Shown: positions 26,861 through 36,900 of the stretch, in pieces
Layout: every line of letters begins with the position of its first letter
Numbering within the stretch: the stretch's first letter is position 1
DNA from: an uncultured Chloroflexia bacterium
Lineage (GTDB): Bacteria > Chloroflexota > Limnocylindria > Limnocylindrales > CSP1-4
NCBI GenBank assembly: GCA_963805585.1
Contig: CAWDUR010000033.1
Span: 68,135 to 132,134 of the forward strand
DNA: 64,000 bases
Reading direction: 5' to 3'
Program-made: the position numbers and the translations under genes
The notes under the pieces: model-generated
What the model saw: the letters and a program-made list of their open reading frames with translations, nothing else
Database searches by the model: none
What the model was told of the DNA's origin: nothing

Positions 26861-29800
26861 TCAGCTGCAGCCGCTCGTGGCGCCGCAGTTCAGGCACTTG
26901 TAGCAGCTGCCGCTGCGCACCATGATGCTGCCGCAGTCCATGCAGGACGGTGAGTCGGCGCTCACCGAGAAGGCTACGCGCTGGCCGACTCCCAGGGAGG
27001 CGATGACGCTCCCGCTGCCGTTGCCGCCCACCGCGATGGGCGCCGCCGTGGCCTCTGATGCGGCCGCGATCGATCGTGCCGCCGTGCGCGTGGATCGAGG
27101 TCGCCGGCCGGTCACCGCCCGCTCCCCCTGAGGAGGGCGAGGAAGCGGGCGGGAGAGCGGCCATCGGAGTGGTCCTCGACGCCAGGCGGGAGGACTGCCA
27201 GTTCCGGCATCAGAGCGGCGTCATCCGGTGCTTCCGCCACGACGACCCCTCCCAGGATGCCAAGGGCGTCGCGGTCCTCCTTGGAGAGGAAGCGGCTGCC
27301 CATCCAGCGGAAGATGTAGTCCACCGTCGACTTGGCGATGGGCACCTCGGGATTGCCGGTGAAGCCGGATGGCTCGAAACGGACATGCGTGAACTTGCTG
27401 ACCAGGTCGCGCAGCGGCACGCCGTACTGCAGGGCGATGGAGGTCATGGTGGCCAGCGTGTCCATGAGGCCGCTGACCGTGGAGCCCTCCTTGGCCATCT
27501 TGAGGAAGATCTCGCCAGGCGTGCCGTCCGGGTAGAGGCCCACGGTGACGTAGCCTTCGTGTCCGGCCACCTGGAACTTGTGGGTCACGGCACGGCGCTC
27601 GTCCGGCAGGCGGCGCCGGTATGGCTTGGGTTCCCCGGTGAGCCCCAGGCCCGGCGCCTCGCCTGCCGTGGGGACGGTCACCTCGGCGTCGGCTGCCTTC
27701 TTCTTGCCGGTCGAGAGGGGCTGGCTGCGCTTGGAGCCATCGCGGTAGATGGCGATGGCCTTGAGGCCCAGTCTCCAGCCCTGCAGGTAGACGTCCTCGA
27801 TATCTTCAGCCGTGGCGTGCTCCGGCATGTTGACGGTCTTGCTGATGGCGCCCGAGAGGAAGGGCTGCGTGGCGGCCATCATGCGCAGGTGCCCCATGTG
27901 GTGGATGGAGCGCTCACCATTGACGGGCTTGAAGGCGCAGTCGAAGACCGCCAGATGCTCCGGCCGCAGGGCAGGGGCACCCTCGATGGTCTCGTGCTCA
28001 TCGATGTGGGCCACGATGGCTTCCACGTCATCCGGGCCGTAGCCCAGCCGACGCAGGGCCGCGGGCACGGTGCCGTTGACGATCTTGAGGAAGCCCTCGC
28101 CGACCAGCTTCTTGTACTTGATGAGGGCGATGTCCGGCTCGATGCCGGTCGTGTCGCAGTCCATCATGAAGGCGATGGTGCCCGTGGGCGCCAGGACGGT
28201 GACCTGGGCGTTGCGGTAGCCGTGTTGCTCGCCCAGTTGCAGCGCCTCGTCCCAGGCCAGCTGCGCGGCCTCCACCAGCGGTCGAGGGGTGACGCGCTCG
28301 TCGATGGCGTAGGCAGCCTCCCGGTGCTTGCGGATGACGCGCAGGAAGGGCCCCTCGTTGATGGCGTAGTCGTTGAAGGGACCACCGTGGTCGCGGGCGA
28401 TGATGGCTGACTGCCGGTAGGCCTCACCGGTCATGATGGCCGTGATGGCACCGGCAAAGGCGCGCCCTTCGTCGGAGTCGTAGGCCAGGCCGCGGCTCAT
28501 GAGCAGCGCCCCGAGGTTCGCGTAGCCCAGCCCGAGCGGCCGGAAGCGGTGCGAGTTCTCCTCGATCTGAGGCGTCGGGTAGGAAGCGTTGTCGACCAGG
28601 ATCTCCTGGGCCGTGATGGTCAGGCGGGCGGCGAAGCGGAAGGCCAGCGGCATCGAATTCGCCGTCGGCATCGACGAACTTCATGAGGTTCAAGCGAGGC
28701 CAGGTTGCAGGAGGTGTCGTTGAGGAACGAGAACTCCGAGCAGGGATTGGTGGCGTACTGACGATCGCTGTTGGCGACCGGGTTCCAGTCGTTGATGGTG
28801 GTGTCGTACTGGATGCCGGGGTCACCGCAGAGTCCAGGCCGCCTCAGCCATGCGCCGGTAGATGAGGCGCGCGGGCCAGGTGCCCGCCGGGTCGCCGGTC
28901 GTGACCTCATGCGTGGTCCACTCAGCGTCCCGCTCGACCGCACGCATGAAGTCGTCCGAGACACGCACGCTGTGGTTGGCGTTCTGGAAGAAGACCGAGC
29001 CGTAGGCTTCACCCGTGAAGGACGCGTCGTAGCCGGCCTCGATGAGGGCCCACGCCTTGCGCTCCTCGCTGGCCTTCGAATCGACGAAGTCGAGGATGTC
29101 CGGGTGGCCCGCGTCGAGGATGACCATCTTTGCGGCGCGGCGCGTCTTGCCGCCAGACTTGACGACGCCGGCGAAGGCGTCGAAGCCCTTCATGAAGCTG
29201 ACCGGTCCACTGGCGACGCCGCCGCCGGACATCTTCTCTCGCGAACCGCGGATGGTCGAGAGGTTGACACCGGCGCCGGAGCCGTACTTGAAGAGCATGG
29301 CCTCCGTCTTGGCCAGGTCCATGATCGAGGACATCGAGTCCTGCACCGAGTTGATGAAGCAGGCCGAGCACTGCGGTCGCGGCTCGACGCCGACGTTGAA
29401 CCAGACCGGGCTGTTGAAGGCCATCTTCTGGTGCAGGAGCATGTGCGTCAGCTCTGCCCGGAAGGAGGCCAGGTCTTCGTCGCTGGCGAAGGTGTGTTGC
29501 GTGGCCGCCCAGGCGGCGATGGTGTCGACGACGCGGTCGATGAGTTGCTTGACGCTGTGCTCGCGCTGCGGCGATCCGATGTGCCCACGGAAGTACTTGC
29601 TGACCACGACGTTGGTGGCCAGCTGGCTCCAGAAGGTGGGCACCTCCACGTCAGCCTGCTCGAAGACAGCCTTTCCGGATTCGTTGGCGATGCTGGCGTG
29701 GCGGATCTCCCACGTCACCTCGTCGTAGGGGTGCACGCCGGGCGTCGTCCAGCGACGCTCGAAGGTGATGCCGCGCGAGGTCGCGCCGGTGAAGCGGTAC

Positions 29801-29916
29801 TGCTCGTCCATGGCCAGCTTGGCGCTGCGCCGGCCACGCGCCTCGGTCGACCCAGAGCGCGTCGTCGCTGCGTGTTCCGCTGTGATCCTCCGGGCCCTGG
29901 CGACAGCTTCGCTCAT
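26861..29916 (-). CDS. nrdJ: Adenosylcobalamin-dependent (class II) ribonucleotide reductase; reading frame broken at least four times as assembled
   Basis: ATG 29916 with GGAGAGGAG RBS. Pieces: ORF 28822..30039 (..PVWFNVGVEPRPQCSACFINSVQDSM..GSGAGVNLSTIRGS..); ORF 28620..29012 (CGDPGIQYDTTINDWNPVANSDRQYATNPCSEFSFLNDTSCNLASL); ORF 28424..28825 (NLMKFVDADGEFD); ORF 27112..28671 (..VLAPTGTIAFMMDCDTTGIEPD..ISKTVNMP..IAIYRDGSK..); ORF 26861..27115 (C-terminal zinc finger CMDCGSIMVRSGSCYKCLNCGATSGCS*). Confidence 0.9.
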
Positions 29917-30112
29917 GACCGTGCTCCTCTCCGCGTCCTGCGCAACGGCGACGACACCGGCACGCTGCCTCGTTCCCTGGTTCGATGGGTCCCCAAGCGC
30001 GGCGGTGGTGCAGGCCGACCATCGGAGGCCGTGACCCAAGGTTGGGTGCCGGCTGAGGCGGGCCTCCGACTTCGTGCTGGAGGGGCTCCCCCTAGGCGGG
30101 GAGCGTCACGAC

Positions 30113-30141
30113 ATCCTAGGCTGGGCTCGACGCGATGTCAA
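30113..30141 (-). promoter_or_regulatory. Predicted sigma-70/SigA-type promoter of nrdJ (TTGACA-17 nt-TAGGAT)
   Basis: The reverse strand reads cTTGACAtcgcgtcgagcccagccTAGGATgtcg. It lies about 195 nt upstream of the nrdJ ATG and 9 nt downstream of the proximal NrdR-like box. Confidence 0.45.
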
Positions 30142-30149
30142 GACGCGTA

Positions 30150-30165
30150 CCACTACATGTTGGGG
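30150..30165. promoter_or_regulatory. NrdR-box-like 16-bp palindrome (proximal)
   Basis: CCACTACATGTTGGGG, an AT-rich core (ACATGT) flanked by CAC/GTG-like arms. It is the reverse complement, with one mismatch, of the second box 33 bp away, upstream of a ribonucleotide reductase gene. Confidence 0.6.
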
Positions 30166-30182
30166 TCGGAGTTCCCCGAGTA

Positions 30183-30198
30183 CCACAACATGTAGTGC
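30183..30198. promoter_or_regulatory. NrdR-box-like 16-bp palindrome (distal)
   Basis: CCACAACATGTAGTGC. Centre-to-centre spacing to the proximal box is about 33 bp (three helical turns), the tandem arrangement known for NrdR operators. Confidence 0.6.
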
Positions 30199-30271
30199 CT
30201 GGGGCCGGGATCGTACGGACGCTGTGGAGGACCTGTGGAAGACGTCCGTGGAAGGCCTGCGGACGACCGCC

Positions 30272-31283
30272 CTAGGCCTCGCGGAAGGGCGGCGCAGAGC
30301 TGCCGCGCACCTCGAGGGCGACGGGCAGCTCCACCTGGCGGGGTGTGCTCCGTCCGTCGCCCAGCTGATCGAGGAGCAGGTCGACGGAGGTGGCGGCGAT
30401 GGCTGAGGTCGACTGTACGATCGTGGTCAGGGGAGGGGTCACATCCGCTCCGAAGGCGATGCCGTCGAATCCGACGACGGACAGGTCGCGGGGGATCTTC
30501 CAGTCCGGCCGCGTGGGCCGCACTGAGTGCCCCCAGGGCCATGAGGTCGTTCTCCGCGAAGACCGCGCTGGGACGCGGCCGTAGGGCCAGCAGCGCCTCC
30601 ATGGCCGAGCGGCCCCCGGCAGCGCGGAAGTCGCCGCGCTCGACATGGGCAGCGTCGATAGCGATGCCCGCCTCGGCGAGGGCGCTTCGGAAGCCATCCA
30701 GTCGCCTGGCCGAGGTGCCCAGGCCGCCGGGCCCGGCGATGACACCGACGCTGCGGTGGCCCAGCTCGACGAGGTGCTGGCCGGCCAATCGGCCGCCGTG
30801 CTGGTTGGCGACCATGACCTGGGAGACGGGCAAGTCGTCGAGCTCGCGATCCACCACGATGGTCGGTGGGCCCGTGTCCACCAGGTGGCGCAGCTGTTCG
30901 GAAGGCTGGCTGGCCGCGACCAGCAGCAGGCCGTCCACCTTCTTGGAGAGGAGCACGTCGAGGTAGCGCACCTCCTTGCGCTCGTCGCCGTCCGAGTTGC
31001 AGATGATGGCGCTGTAGCCGGCCTCGAACAGGGCGTCCTCAAGCCAGCGACCGAGATCCCCGAAGAAGGGGTTTGCGATGTCCGGCAGGATGACACCGAC
31101 CGTGTGGGTCCGGCCCCGGCGCATGCTGCGGGCCAGGGCGTTGGGCCGATAGCCCATCTCGCCGATGGCCGCCTCCACCCGGGCCGCCGTGATGGCATCC
31201 ACCTTGCGGGTGCGATTGATGACGTGCGATACGGTGGTCGCGGAGACACCGGCACGCCGGGCCACATCCCGGATGGTCGTCAC
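30272..31283 (-). CDS. LacI-family transcriptional repressor (RbsR-like); one frame break near 30520
   Basis: MTTIRDVARRAGVSATTVSHVINRTRKVDAITAARVEAAIGEMGYRPNALARSM (HTH) ..VGVILPDIANPFF... to ..ALGALSAAHAAGL. It then continues in ORF 30272..31267: KIPRDLSVVGFDGIAFGADVTPPLTTIVQSTSAIAATSVDLLLDQL..*. The track ORF tail down to 30153 is frame-shifted read-through. Confidence 0.85.
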
Positions 31284-31314
31284 GGCTGCAGCCTGGTGGC
31301 CACTGTCGCCGCCG

Positions 31315-31369
31315 TTGACATGCTCACGGCAAGCAGGATACCCTCACGCAAACGGTTGCGCAATCGGTT
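31315..31369 (+). promoter_or_regulatory. rbsK promoter region with a 20-bp LacI-type operator (copy 1: AAACGGTTGCGCAATCGGTT at 31350..31369)
   Basis: TTGACA at 31315-31320. The operator has a palindromic TTGCGCAA core, lies about 60 nt upstream of rbsK, and sits in the lacI-rbsK divergent intergenic region. An identical 20-mer recurs at 32926. Confidence 0.6.
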
Positions 31370-31429
31370 CCCGGACGAGCCCGGTGCCTCGAGGATATGC
31401 CATGGTCGTGGACATGACGTGCGGATGGG

Positions 31430-32332
31430 ATGGTGATCGTCGCCGGGTCGATCAACGTGGACCTTATCGTCGGCGTCTCGCGGCTGCCCACGGCCGGAGA
31501 GACCGTGCTGGGTGATCGCTTCGTCCAGCAGAACGGGGGCAAGAGCGCCAACCAGGCCGTGGCCGCCAGCCGGGTGGGCGCCACCGTCGTCATGCTCGGC
31601 GCAGTCGGCGAGGACGACTTAGGGCGCAGCGCCTTGGACGGGCTGGCCTCAGAAGGGGTTGACGTCTCTGCCTGCCGGCGACTCGCGGACGAGCACACCG
31701 GGCTGGCGCTGATCGTCGTCGACGCCGTCGGCGAGAACCAGATCGCCGTCGCCCAGGGAGCCAACATGCGTCTCGACGCCGGGATGATCCAGGGACAGAC
31801 GGCAGAGCTGCGCCCGCCCTCCGGAGCCGTCTGTCTCCTGGGCTTCGAGGTCCCGGATGACGCCGTCCTTGCCGCCGCGCGCTGGGCTGTCGGGCAGGGG
31901 CTCCGCCTCATCGTCAATCCGGCGCCCGCTCGGCCCCTGCTATCCGACCTCCTCGCGCTGGCACCCATCCTCACCCCCAACGAGAGCGAGGCGGAGTCGC
32001 TGACGGGGTTGGCCGACCCGGAGGCTGCGGCCGGGATGCTCTCCTCGTGGACGGGAGCACCCGTGATCGTCTCGTTGGGCGCCGAGGGCGCCGTGCTCAG
32101 CGCCGGCGGGCAAGTCGCGCGTTTGCCGGCCACGCCGGTGACGCCGGTCGACACGACGGGCGCCGGCGATGCGCTCAATGGCATCCTTGCCGCGCAGCTG
32201 GCCAGGGGCGCGCCGATCGAGGAGGCCCTGCGCTGGGCCATGGTCGGCGCGGCACTGAAGACGACGAAGGCCGGCGCCCAGGCCGGGCTGCCCACTCGAG
32301 CGGAGATCGCCGCACACCTCTCGGGCTGCTGA
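31430..32332 (+). CDS. rbsK: Ribokinase (PfkB family)
   Basis: Intact 300-aa ORF: MVIVAGSINVDLIV..LPTAGETV...GGKSANQAVAASRVG...LTPNESEAESLTG...DTTGAGDALNGILAAQLA. Confidence 0.9.
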   Translation: MVIVAGSINVDLIVGVSRLPTAGETVLGDRFVQQNGGKSANQAVAASRVGATVVMLGAVGEDDLGRSALDGLASEGVDVSACRRLADEHTGLALIVVDAVGENQIAVAQGANMRLDAGMIQGQTAELRPPSGAVCLLGFEVPDDAVLAAARWAVGQGLRLIVNPAPARPLLSDLLALAPILTPNESEAESLTGLADPEAAAGMLSSWTGAPVIVSLGAEGAVLSAGGQVARLPATPVTPVDTTGAGDALNGILAAQLARGAPIEEALRWAMVGAALKTTKAGAQAGLPTRAEIAAHLSGC

Positions 32333-32354
32333 GTCGAGCCATGCAGGGAAGGCC

Positions 32355-32858
32355 ATGAGCGAAGTACAGCCTGGAGATCCAGCCGACATCCTCATCAAGC
32401 TCTATGCGTTGCCGCCCCTCGACCTCTCGGGTATGGAGGATGCCGGCGTGACGATCCGCCGGCCCATCGCGCCAGAGCGGCACGTGGTCGTCGCGTGGGT
32501 CGCCCGTGAGTTCGAGCCGGGCTGGGCATCCGAGGTCGAGGTCGCCTTCGCCAACCACCCGCCCTCCTGCCACGTGGCTGTGGAGGGTCAGGACATCCTC
32601 GGCTTTGCCTGCTATGACGCCACGGCACGCGGCCTCTTCGGTCCCACGGGCGTGACGGAGGTGTCGCGCGGGCGCGGCATCGGCAAGGCCCTGCTCATGG
32701 TCAGCCTTCATGCCATGCGCGAGCAGGGGTATGCCTATGCCGTCATCGGCGCGGCAGGGCCCATCGACTTCTACCGCGGCCTGGTCGGCGGCCTGGTCAT
32801 CCCGGACTCGTGGCCCGGACTGTACCGCGGCCTGCTGCGTACGCCCCCTGCCGAGTGA
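32355..32858 (+). CDS. GNAT-family N-acetyltransferase
   Basis: Intact 167-aa ORF with the acetyl-CoA binding segment GVTEVSRGRGIGKALLMVSLHAMREQGYAYAVI. Confidence 0.7.
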   Translation: MSEVQPGDPADILIKLYALPPLDLSGMEDAGVTIRRPIAPERHVVVAWVAREFEPGWASEVEVAFANHPPSCHVAVEGQDILGFACYDATARGLFGPTGVTEVSRGRGIGKALLMVSLHAMREQGYAYAVIGAAGPIDFYRGLVGGLVIPDSWPGLYRGLLRTPPAE

Positions 32859-32888
32859 CGCGCGCCTCGCTCGATGCCGGCTATCCAG

Positions 32889-32945
32889 TTGACGCCGCCG
32901 GGACGGCTCTGTAGACTCCAACCGGAAACGGTTGCGCAATCGGTT
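32889..32945 (+). promoter_or_regulatory. Promoter (TTGACG-17 nt-TAGACT) plus a 20-bp LacI-type operator (copy 2: AAACGGTTGCGCAATCGGTT at 32926..32945) of the ribose-type ABC operon
   Basis: -35 at 32889-32894 and -10 at 32912-32917. The operator starts 9 nt after the -10 and is a 20/20 identical copy of the rbsK-proximal site. Confidence 0.6.
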
Positions 32946-33022
32946 GCGTGCCGCCCGGAGGAAGCGTCAGCACCTCCGAACCATCAAGAGGGCCCCGCGG
33001 GGCCGCAAGGAGGAGCGAGCAC

Positions 33023-34088
33023 ATGGTTGGACGCAGAGGAGTGAACCGCTGGTGGGCGGTCGGGATGAGCACCCTGATGGCGCTCTCGCTGGCGGCCGTC
33101 ACGGGCGGCGCGACGATGGCCCAGGACGAGTCTGCGGCGCCGGCGGCGTCGGCGGCCGCCGCGGATTGCGCGCCGGTCGAGCCAGCCGGGCCGCTCCCGG
33201 ACCTGACCGCGCAGCTCGGCCACAAGCCCAAGGTCGGCCTGGTCATGAAGAGCCTGGCCAACGAGTTCTTCCAGCAGATGCAGGCCGGCGCGGAGGCCTA
33301 CGCCGCCGAGAACGCCGACGTCTTCGATTTCGAGGCCGTGGGCATGAAGGACGAGCGCGACTTCGCGGCGCAGGTCTGCGGCCGTCGAGAACTACATCAC
33401 GCAGCAGTTCGACGTCATCGTCATCGCGCCGGCCGACTCCAAGGCCATGGTCGAGCCCATCGCCCGGGCGCTCGAGGCCGGCATCAAGGTCATCAACATC
33501 GACGTCGCGCTGGACCAGCAGGCCATGGCGGACGCCGGCGTCGACCTGGCCTTCTTCGGCCCGGACAACCGCGCCGGCGCCAAGCTGGCCGGCGACTCCC
33601 TCGGCCAGGCCCTCGGCGAGGGCGGCAAGGTCGTCATCCTCGAGGGCAACCCCGAGGCCGACAACGCCGTGCAGCGCAAGATCGGCTTCGATGACTCCGT
33701 CGCCGAGTACAAGCTCGACCTCCTCGAGTCCACGACGGCCCACTGGGAGACGGCCGAGGCCGAGGAGATCACCTCCAACTTCCTCACCAAGTACCCCGAC
33801 CTGCAGGGCATCATGGCCGCCAACGACTCGATGGCCCTGGGCGCCATCGCGGCCCTCGACGCCGCCGGCAAGACCGGCCAGATCCAGGTCGTCGGCTTCG
33901 ACAACATCCCCGGCGTGCGCCAGTACATCAAGGACGGCGTGATGCTCTCGACCGTCGAGCAGTACGGCGCCGACATGGCCAAGTTCGGCATCGACTTCGG
34001 CCTGCGCGAGCTGGCCGGCGAGAAGTTCTGCGGCTGGGTCCAGACCCCCGTGTCCCTCGTCACCGCGGAGAACGTCGTCGTCGAGTAG
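33023..34088 (+). CDS. Sugar ABC transporter periplasmic-binding protein (RbsB-like, PBP type I); one frame break near 33385
   Basis: AAGGAGGAG RBS, ATG 33023. MVGRRGVNRWWAVGMSTLMALSLAAVTGGATMAQDESAAP..KVGLVMKSLANEFFQQMQAGAE.. continues in ORF 33447..34088: ..NYITQQFDVIVIAPADSKAMVEPIARALEAGIKVINID...GIMAANDSMALGAIAAL...VVGFDNIP. Confidence 0.85.
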
Positions 34089-34105
34089 CCCTCGACGTCG
34101 GACCA

Positions 34106-34143
34106 GGATCAGCCGTCGGGTCACCAGGCCCGGCGGCTGATCC
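34106..34143 (+). other. Intercistronic GC-rich stem-loop after the binding-protein gene
   Basis: GGATCAGCCG...CGGCTGATCC, a 10-bp perfect stem extendable with one mismatch. It lies between the SBP stop (34088) and the ATPase start (34170), with no clear U-tract. Confidence 0.45.
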
Positions 34144-34169
34144 ATACTCGGAAGTCCCGAGGAGGAACG

Positions 34170-35798
34170 ATGGAGCGGCACGCAGGCCGGACCCGAACGC
34201 CCGGACCTGCCGCCGGCGTCGGCCGGCGCGGCCGTGGGCTCGCGCCGCCGCTGCTCGAGATCCGCGACCTGACCAAGGAGTTCCCGGGCGTCCGGGCCCT
34301 CGACTGCGGTCAGCATGACCATCCTGGCGGGCGAGGTCCACGCCCTCGTGGGCGAGAACGGCGCCGGCAAGTCGACGCTCGTCAAGGTCCTCTCCGGCGT
34401 CGAGCAGCCCGACGGTGGCGCAGATGCTCCTGAACGGCCAGCCCTACCTGGCCCGCACGCCCGCAGGACGCCCTCGCGGCCGGCATCCGCGTCGTCTACC
34501 AGGAGCTCAACCTGCTGACCTACCTGACCATCGAGGAGAACCTCTCCTTCGAGCACCTGCCGGCGCAGCGCGGGGCCTGGTGGACCGCCGCGAGCTGCGG
34601 CGCCGGGCGGAGGAGCTGCTCGCGGAGGTCGGCCTCGACGTGCCCGCCGGACACCCCCGTGGAGGAGCTGGGCATCGCCCAGATGCAGATGGTGGAGATC
34701 GCCCGGGCGCTCCTCACCGACGCGCGGCTCCTCATCCTCGACGAGCCGACCGCGACGCTGACGCCGCGCGAGGTGGACCGCCTCTTCGAGATCATCCGCC
34801 AGCTCACGGCCCGGGGCATCGGCGTCCTCTTCATCTCCCACCACCTCGACGAGATGAAGGAGATCGGCGACCGCGTCACGGTCCTGCGCAACGGCCAGTG
34901 GGCGGCCACGCGCGACGTGGCCGACATCACGGTCGCCGAGGTCATCGAGCTGATGGTCGGCCGCGCCTGGCCGAGGGCTTCCCCTTCCGCGAGCGGCGTC
35001 GACGCCCGGCGAGGAGCTCCTCGACCGTGGAGGGGCTCGACCTACCGCGGCAACGTCGGAGCCCGTCTCGCTGCGCGTCCACGCGGGCGAGATCGTGGGC
35101 ATCGCGGGCCTCGTGGGCTCCGGGCGCACGGAGGCCATGCGCGCCATCTTCGGCGCCGACCGGGCGACCGGCGGCACGCTCCGCGTCCGCGGCGAGCCGG
35201 TCAGCATCCGCGAGCCCCGGGACGCCGTGCGCGCCGGCATCTGCCTGCTCACCGAGGACCGCAAGTCGCAGGGCCTCATCCTGGACATGACCTGCGCCCA
35301 GAACACGACGATCACCCGGCTCGACGCGGTCGTGCGAGCGCGGCCTGCTCCAGGCGGGCCAGGGAGGCCGCCGAGACGGAGGCGCTCATCGACGCCCTCT
35401 CCATCAAGGCCCAGTCGCCCGACCAGGTGGTGCGCTTCCTGTCGGGCGGCAACCAGCAGAAGGTCGTCGTGGCCAAGTGGCTCTTCGCCGACTCGCAGGT
35501 CCTCATCTTCGACGAGCCCACGCGCGGCATCGACGTCGGCGCCAAGTTCGAGATCTACAACCTCATCTGGGATCTCGCCGAGCGCGGCAAGGGCATCATC
35601 GTCGTCTCCTCCGACCTGCCCGAGCTGCTGGGCATCTGCCACCGCATCGTGGTCTTCTCCAAGGGCGCCATCGTGGGCGAGCTGCCCCGCGAGGCGTTCA
35701 GCGAGAAGGCCGTCCTGGAGCTCGCCTACCGCAACTACCTGGCCCCGGCGACCGCCGCCGCGCGGGCCCGCCACGACACCACGGGGATGCCGTCATGA
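34170..35798 (+). CDS. Sugar ABC transporter ATP-binding protein, duplicated ABC domains (RbsA-like); heavily frame-broken (about eight changes)
   Basis: GAGGAGGAA RBS, ATG 34170. Fragments across frames: [18 protein letters not shown] / [26 protein letters not shown] (Walker A) / [23 protein letters not shown] / [31 protein letters not shown] (signature/Walker B) / [25 protein letters not shown] / [37 protein letters not shown]. The stop overlaps the permease ATG (ATGA). Confidence 0.85.
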
Positions 35799-36856
35799 GC
35801 GCACCGACCAGCCAGTCCCGCCAGCAGCCCGCTCGCGTCGGGGAGCTGCCGCTGGCCAGCCGCGCCGTCGTCTTCGGGCTGCGCGAGGCCGGTGTCGGGG
35901 TGGCGCTGCGTGCTGCTCATCGTCGTCTTCAGCATCGTGGCGCCCTACTTCGCGACCACCGACAACTTCTCGGTCATCCTGGGCCAGATCTCCATCAACA
36001 CGATCCTCGCGGTGGGCATGACGTTCGTCATCCTCATCGGCGGCATCGACCTGTCGGTCGGCTCGGTCCTGGCCCTGACCACGGTCGTCGGTGCCGGCGA
36101 TCCTGGCGCCCACCGTGATGACCGGCTTCGGCGGCTTCGGGCTCGACCCGCATGGTCTCCATCCCGCTGACCATCGTGGCCTGCCTGGCCGTCGGCGCCG
36201 GCTGCGGCTTCATCAACGGCTTCGTGACGGAGCGCTGGCGGGTGCCCTCGTTCATCGTGACGCTGGGCATGATGAGCATGGCCCGGGGCGCCTCCCAGGT
36301 CCTCTCCAACAACTCGACCATCACCGGCCTGCCGAAGGTCTTCAAGGACGCCGGCAACGTGCGCTTCTTCGACCTCGTGCCGGCCTACTTCGTCATCGCC
36401 ATCGCCGTGGTCCTCATCTCCTGGTTCGTGCTGCGCTACACGGTCTTCGGGCGCTTCATCTACGCCATCGGCAACAACGAGGAGGCGGTCCGGCTGTCGG
36501 GCCACAACCCCAGGCCCGTGAAGGTCACGGCCTTCGTCATCTGCGGCCTGCTGGCGGGCCTCGCCGGCTTCGTCTTCCTGCTGCGCCTCAAGGCCGGCAG
36601 CCCCATCGCCGGCGTGGGCTACGAGCTCGACGCCATCGCCGCCGTCATCATCGGCGGCACCAGCTTCTCCGGCGGCAAGGGCTCGGTCATCGGCACGTTC
36701 TTCGGCGCCTGCCTCCTCCAGGTCCTGAGCACGGGCCTCATCCTGCTCGGGGTCGAAGACAACATGCGCGTCATCATCACCGGCATGGTCGTCATCGTGG
36801 CCGTCGTCTTCGACACGTACCGCTCGCGCATCATCGCGGCGCTGCGCACGCGATAG
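35795..36856 (+). CDS. Sugar ABC transporter permease (RbsC-like); about three frame changes
   Basis: [34 protein letters not shown] / LLIVVFSIVAPYFATTDNFSVILGQISINTILAVGMTFVILIGGIDLSVGSVLAL / ORF 36152..36856 (..FIVTLGMMSMARGAS...IYAIGNNEEAVRLSG...IIGGTSFSGGKGSVIGTFFGA..). Confidence 0.85.
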
Positions 36857-36900
36857 GCCGCGGCGGGCAGCGGCAGAGCGCCTGTCCGGCCGAACGGCCC

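Noticed and set aside
29917-30112. Possible cobalamin riboswitch in the ~190-nt nrdJ leader
   Set aside because: I could not find a B12-box-like element or the conserved core. Known B12 riboswitches repress B12-independent RNR genes, not the B12-dependent nrdJ. Only cmsearch with the Rfam cobalamin models could settle this.
27058-30195. 450-aa and 474-aa plus-strand ORFs (27058..28410 and 28771..30195)
   Set aside because: Both are antisense to nrdJ. Their composition is typical of GC-rich antisense frames.
30153-30271. C-terminal extension of the LacI ORF (..GPRHYMLWYSGNSDPNM) covering the NrdR-like boxes
   Set aside because: After a frame break near 30520 the genuine LacI C-terminus continues in another frame and stops at 30272. 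The extension is read-through over an AT-rich regulatory region.
33243-35774. 843-aa minus-strand ORF, the second longest in the track
   Set aside because: It is antisense to the RbsB/RbsA-like genes, whose Walker and signature motifs are clear on the + strand. The sequence is low-complexity and Arg/Gly/Asp-rich, with no recognisable domain.
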